DNA from: Ramazzottius varieornatus
Taxonomy: Eukaryota; Animalia; Tardigrada
NCBI GenBank assembly: GCA_001949185.1
Contig: BDGG01000001.1
Coordinates: 2,559,324-2,623,323, forward strand
Direction: 5' to 3'
Length of the DNA stretch: 64,000 bases
Positions 62,674 to 64,000 of the stretch are shown here, piece by piece. The notes below the pieces were generated by a model. It made no database searches, was not told the DNA's origin, and worked only from the letters and a program-made list of their open reading frames with translations. Position numbers and translations under genes: made by a program. How positions within the stretch are numbered: position 1 is the stretch's first letter; each line of letters opens with the position of its first letter.

Positions 62674-63655
62674 ATGGCATCTGCCTCCCGAGCAATATGC
62701 TACGTTCTCCTGCTATGGATAGCCATCATTGTCGTTCTCGGCAAGTTTACTCGTCCTGTATTTTGAACACATCACAATAGTTCTGTATTCCAGGTGTATA
62801 CTACTGCCTATCCGGACAGGGATGGCGGATAGACTTCGGCTGGTACGTTCGCACCTTTCATCTTATGATTGTTTGATCCATGCACCAACTTCGACATCAT
62901 GTGATTAGGTTCCTAGAGTCCCTTAGCCCGTTCATATGGGCATGCACGGGAGCAGCAGCGTCCATCTCGCTTTCCGTAGTGGGGGCCGCCTGGTAAGGCA
63001 GAGATAAGAAGTCGCACATATGATTTGGAATATTACAATTCGGAAGATCGATGATGTGTATTTGTGATCTTTTTCTTACAGGGGCATCTTCACCACGGGC
63101 TCTTCCATCCTTGGCGCGGGCGTGAAAGCACCACGAATCAAGACCAAAAACTTGGTCAGCATCATCTTCTGCGAAGCTGTTGCGATCTACGGAATCATCA
63201 TAGCTATCGTCATTGCAAATCTAATCGAGGTTTGTAGCAACAGCGAAGAACTGAAAGAAGGTAACCTCATGCTTTTCCTACGGTAATTTCTTCGTGCTGT
63301 AGGACTTTAACTACGACCGGATATCGCCGAACGGATATAGGCAGACAGTCTTCTCGGGATACGCTCTCTTCGGAGCTGGACTGACGGTGGGCTTCTGCAA
63401 CTTCTTCTGTGGTATAGCCGTGGGTATTGTCGGGTCCGGTGCTGCGTTAGCCGACGCCCAGAATGGATCGCTCTTCGTCAAGATTCTCATCGTCGAGATT
63501 TTCGCATCTGCCATCGGTCTTTTCGGAGTCATCGTGAGCATCATTCAGGTGAAATTCTCGTTCAATGCCAATCATCACATCGGAGAATCGTAGTTTCATC
63601 GTTGCCGCTTTCTTCCTTGTAGGTTTCCGCAGTGAGAATGGGAGAGAAATCCTAA
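62674..63655 (+). CDS. ATP6V0B: V-ATPase proteolipid subunit c'' (21 kDa)
   Basis: SLSVVGAAW|[37 protein letters not shown]...[19 protein letters not shown]; first intron is GC-AG (62741-62793). Confidence 0.95.
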
Positions 63656-63871
63656 AAGAATCTCCAACATTGGAATCTCCAAGTACTCTTACTCTTTTCT
63701 CTTTGATACATATCTCACACTGTTTCGCTTGGTAATCTCTTCTCTGACTTGTCTTGCTATCCTTCTCACATTCCCTGAAGAAATGCGGATCGCTGTACAT
63801 GCTATGGTAGTCAACGACCGGCTCTTCCACGTTAGTCAGATTTTCAAGTTCTTGTTTTAACAAATTGACGC
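63447..63871 (-). CDS. Possible exon of a convergent neighbouring gene extending beyond the window
   Basis: Acceptor-like cacag followed by an open frame ([31 protein letters not shown]...CEICIKEKR); partly antisense to ATP6V0B. Confidence 0.3.
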
Positions 63872-64000
63872 CTGTGTTTCGTAGTGATGTTTTTAGTTTC
63901 TGAAAGGTACGGACGATAACTTATTGTATTGCAAAGCTGGTGTGATGGTCCGTGTGGGTACGTGACTCTAAAATTAATTAGTAAACCGAACACTTTGCTA

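Noticed and set aside
17406-63655. Apparent grouping of endolysosomal/autophagy genes (CLEC16A, SNAP29, TMEM192, ATP6V0B)
   Set aside because: Interspersed with unrelated genes; cannot be told from chance without synteny data.
1-64000. CRISPR arrays, rRNA/tRNA genes, autonomous transposons, bacterial HGT genes
   Set aside because: None recognised by eye; all identified genes are animal-type. A tRNAscan/Rfam run would be needed to exclude small RNA genes.

Overview
Gene-dense eukaryotic DNA with many short spliceosomal introns. It is tardigrade, almost certainly Ramazzottius varieornatus: two of three tandem CAHS genes reconstruct to the 237-aa CAHS1 and 216-aa CAHS2 proteins as I recall them. 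In order the window holds: a Robo receptor, an RRM-RRM-RING gene, BolA1, an NYN-less MARF1-like gene, CLEC16A/Ema, a coiled-coil orphan, DNAJC27/RBJ, a Cys-rich secreted protein, three sigma-type GSTs, a 7-exon orphan, SNAP29, TMEM192, PGK, an oxytocin/vasopressin-type receptor, two convergent secreted disordered proproteins, a Stubble-like clip protease, three CAHS genes, OSCP (ATP5O) and V-ATPase c''. The most interesting unexplained signals are: (1) the tail-to-tail secreted, disordered proproteins at 48.1-50.1 kb, which share RxVR|Q and KTKR|D cleavage motifs, intron position and a terminal Gly; (2) a palindromic mini-element of about 60-87 bp with about 10 copies, mostly in enlarged introns, plus a 638-bp foldback filling one intron; (3) the RRM-RRM-RING architecture; (4) three CAHS paralogs with no shared intron position. 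Exon coordinates were read by hand. No database searches were run.
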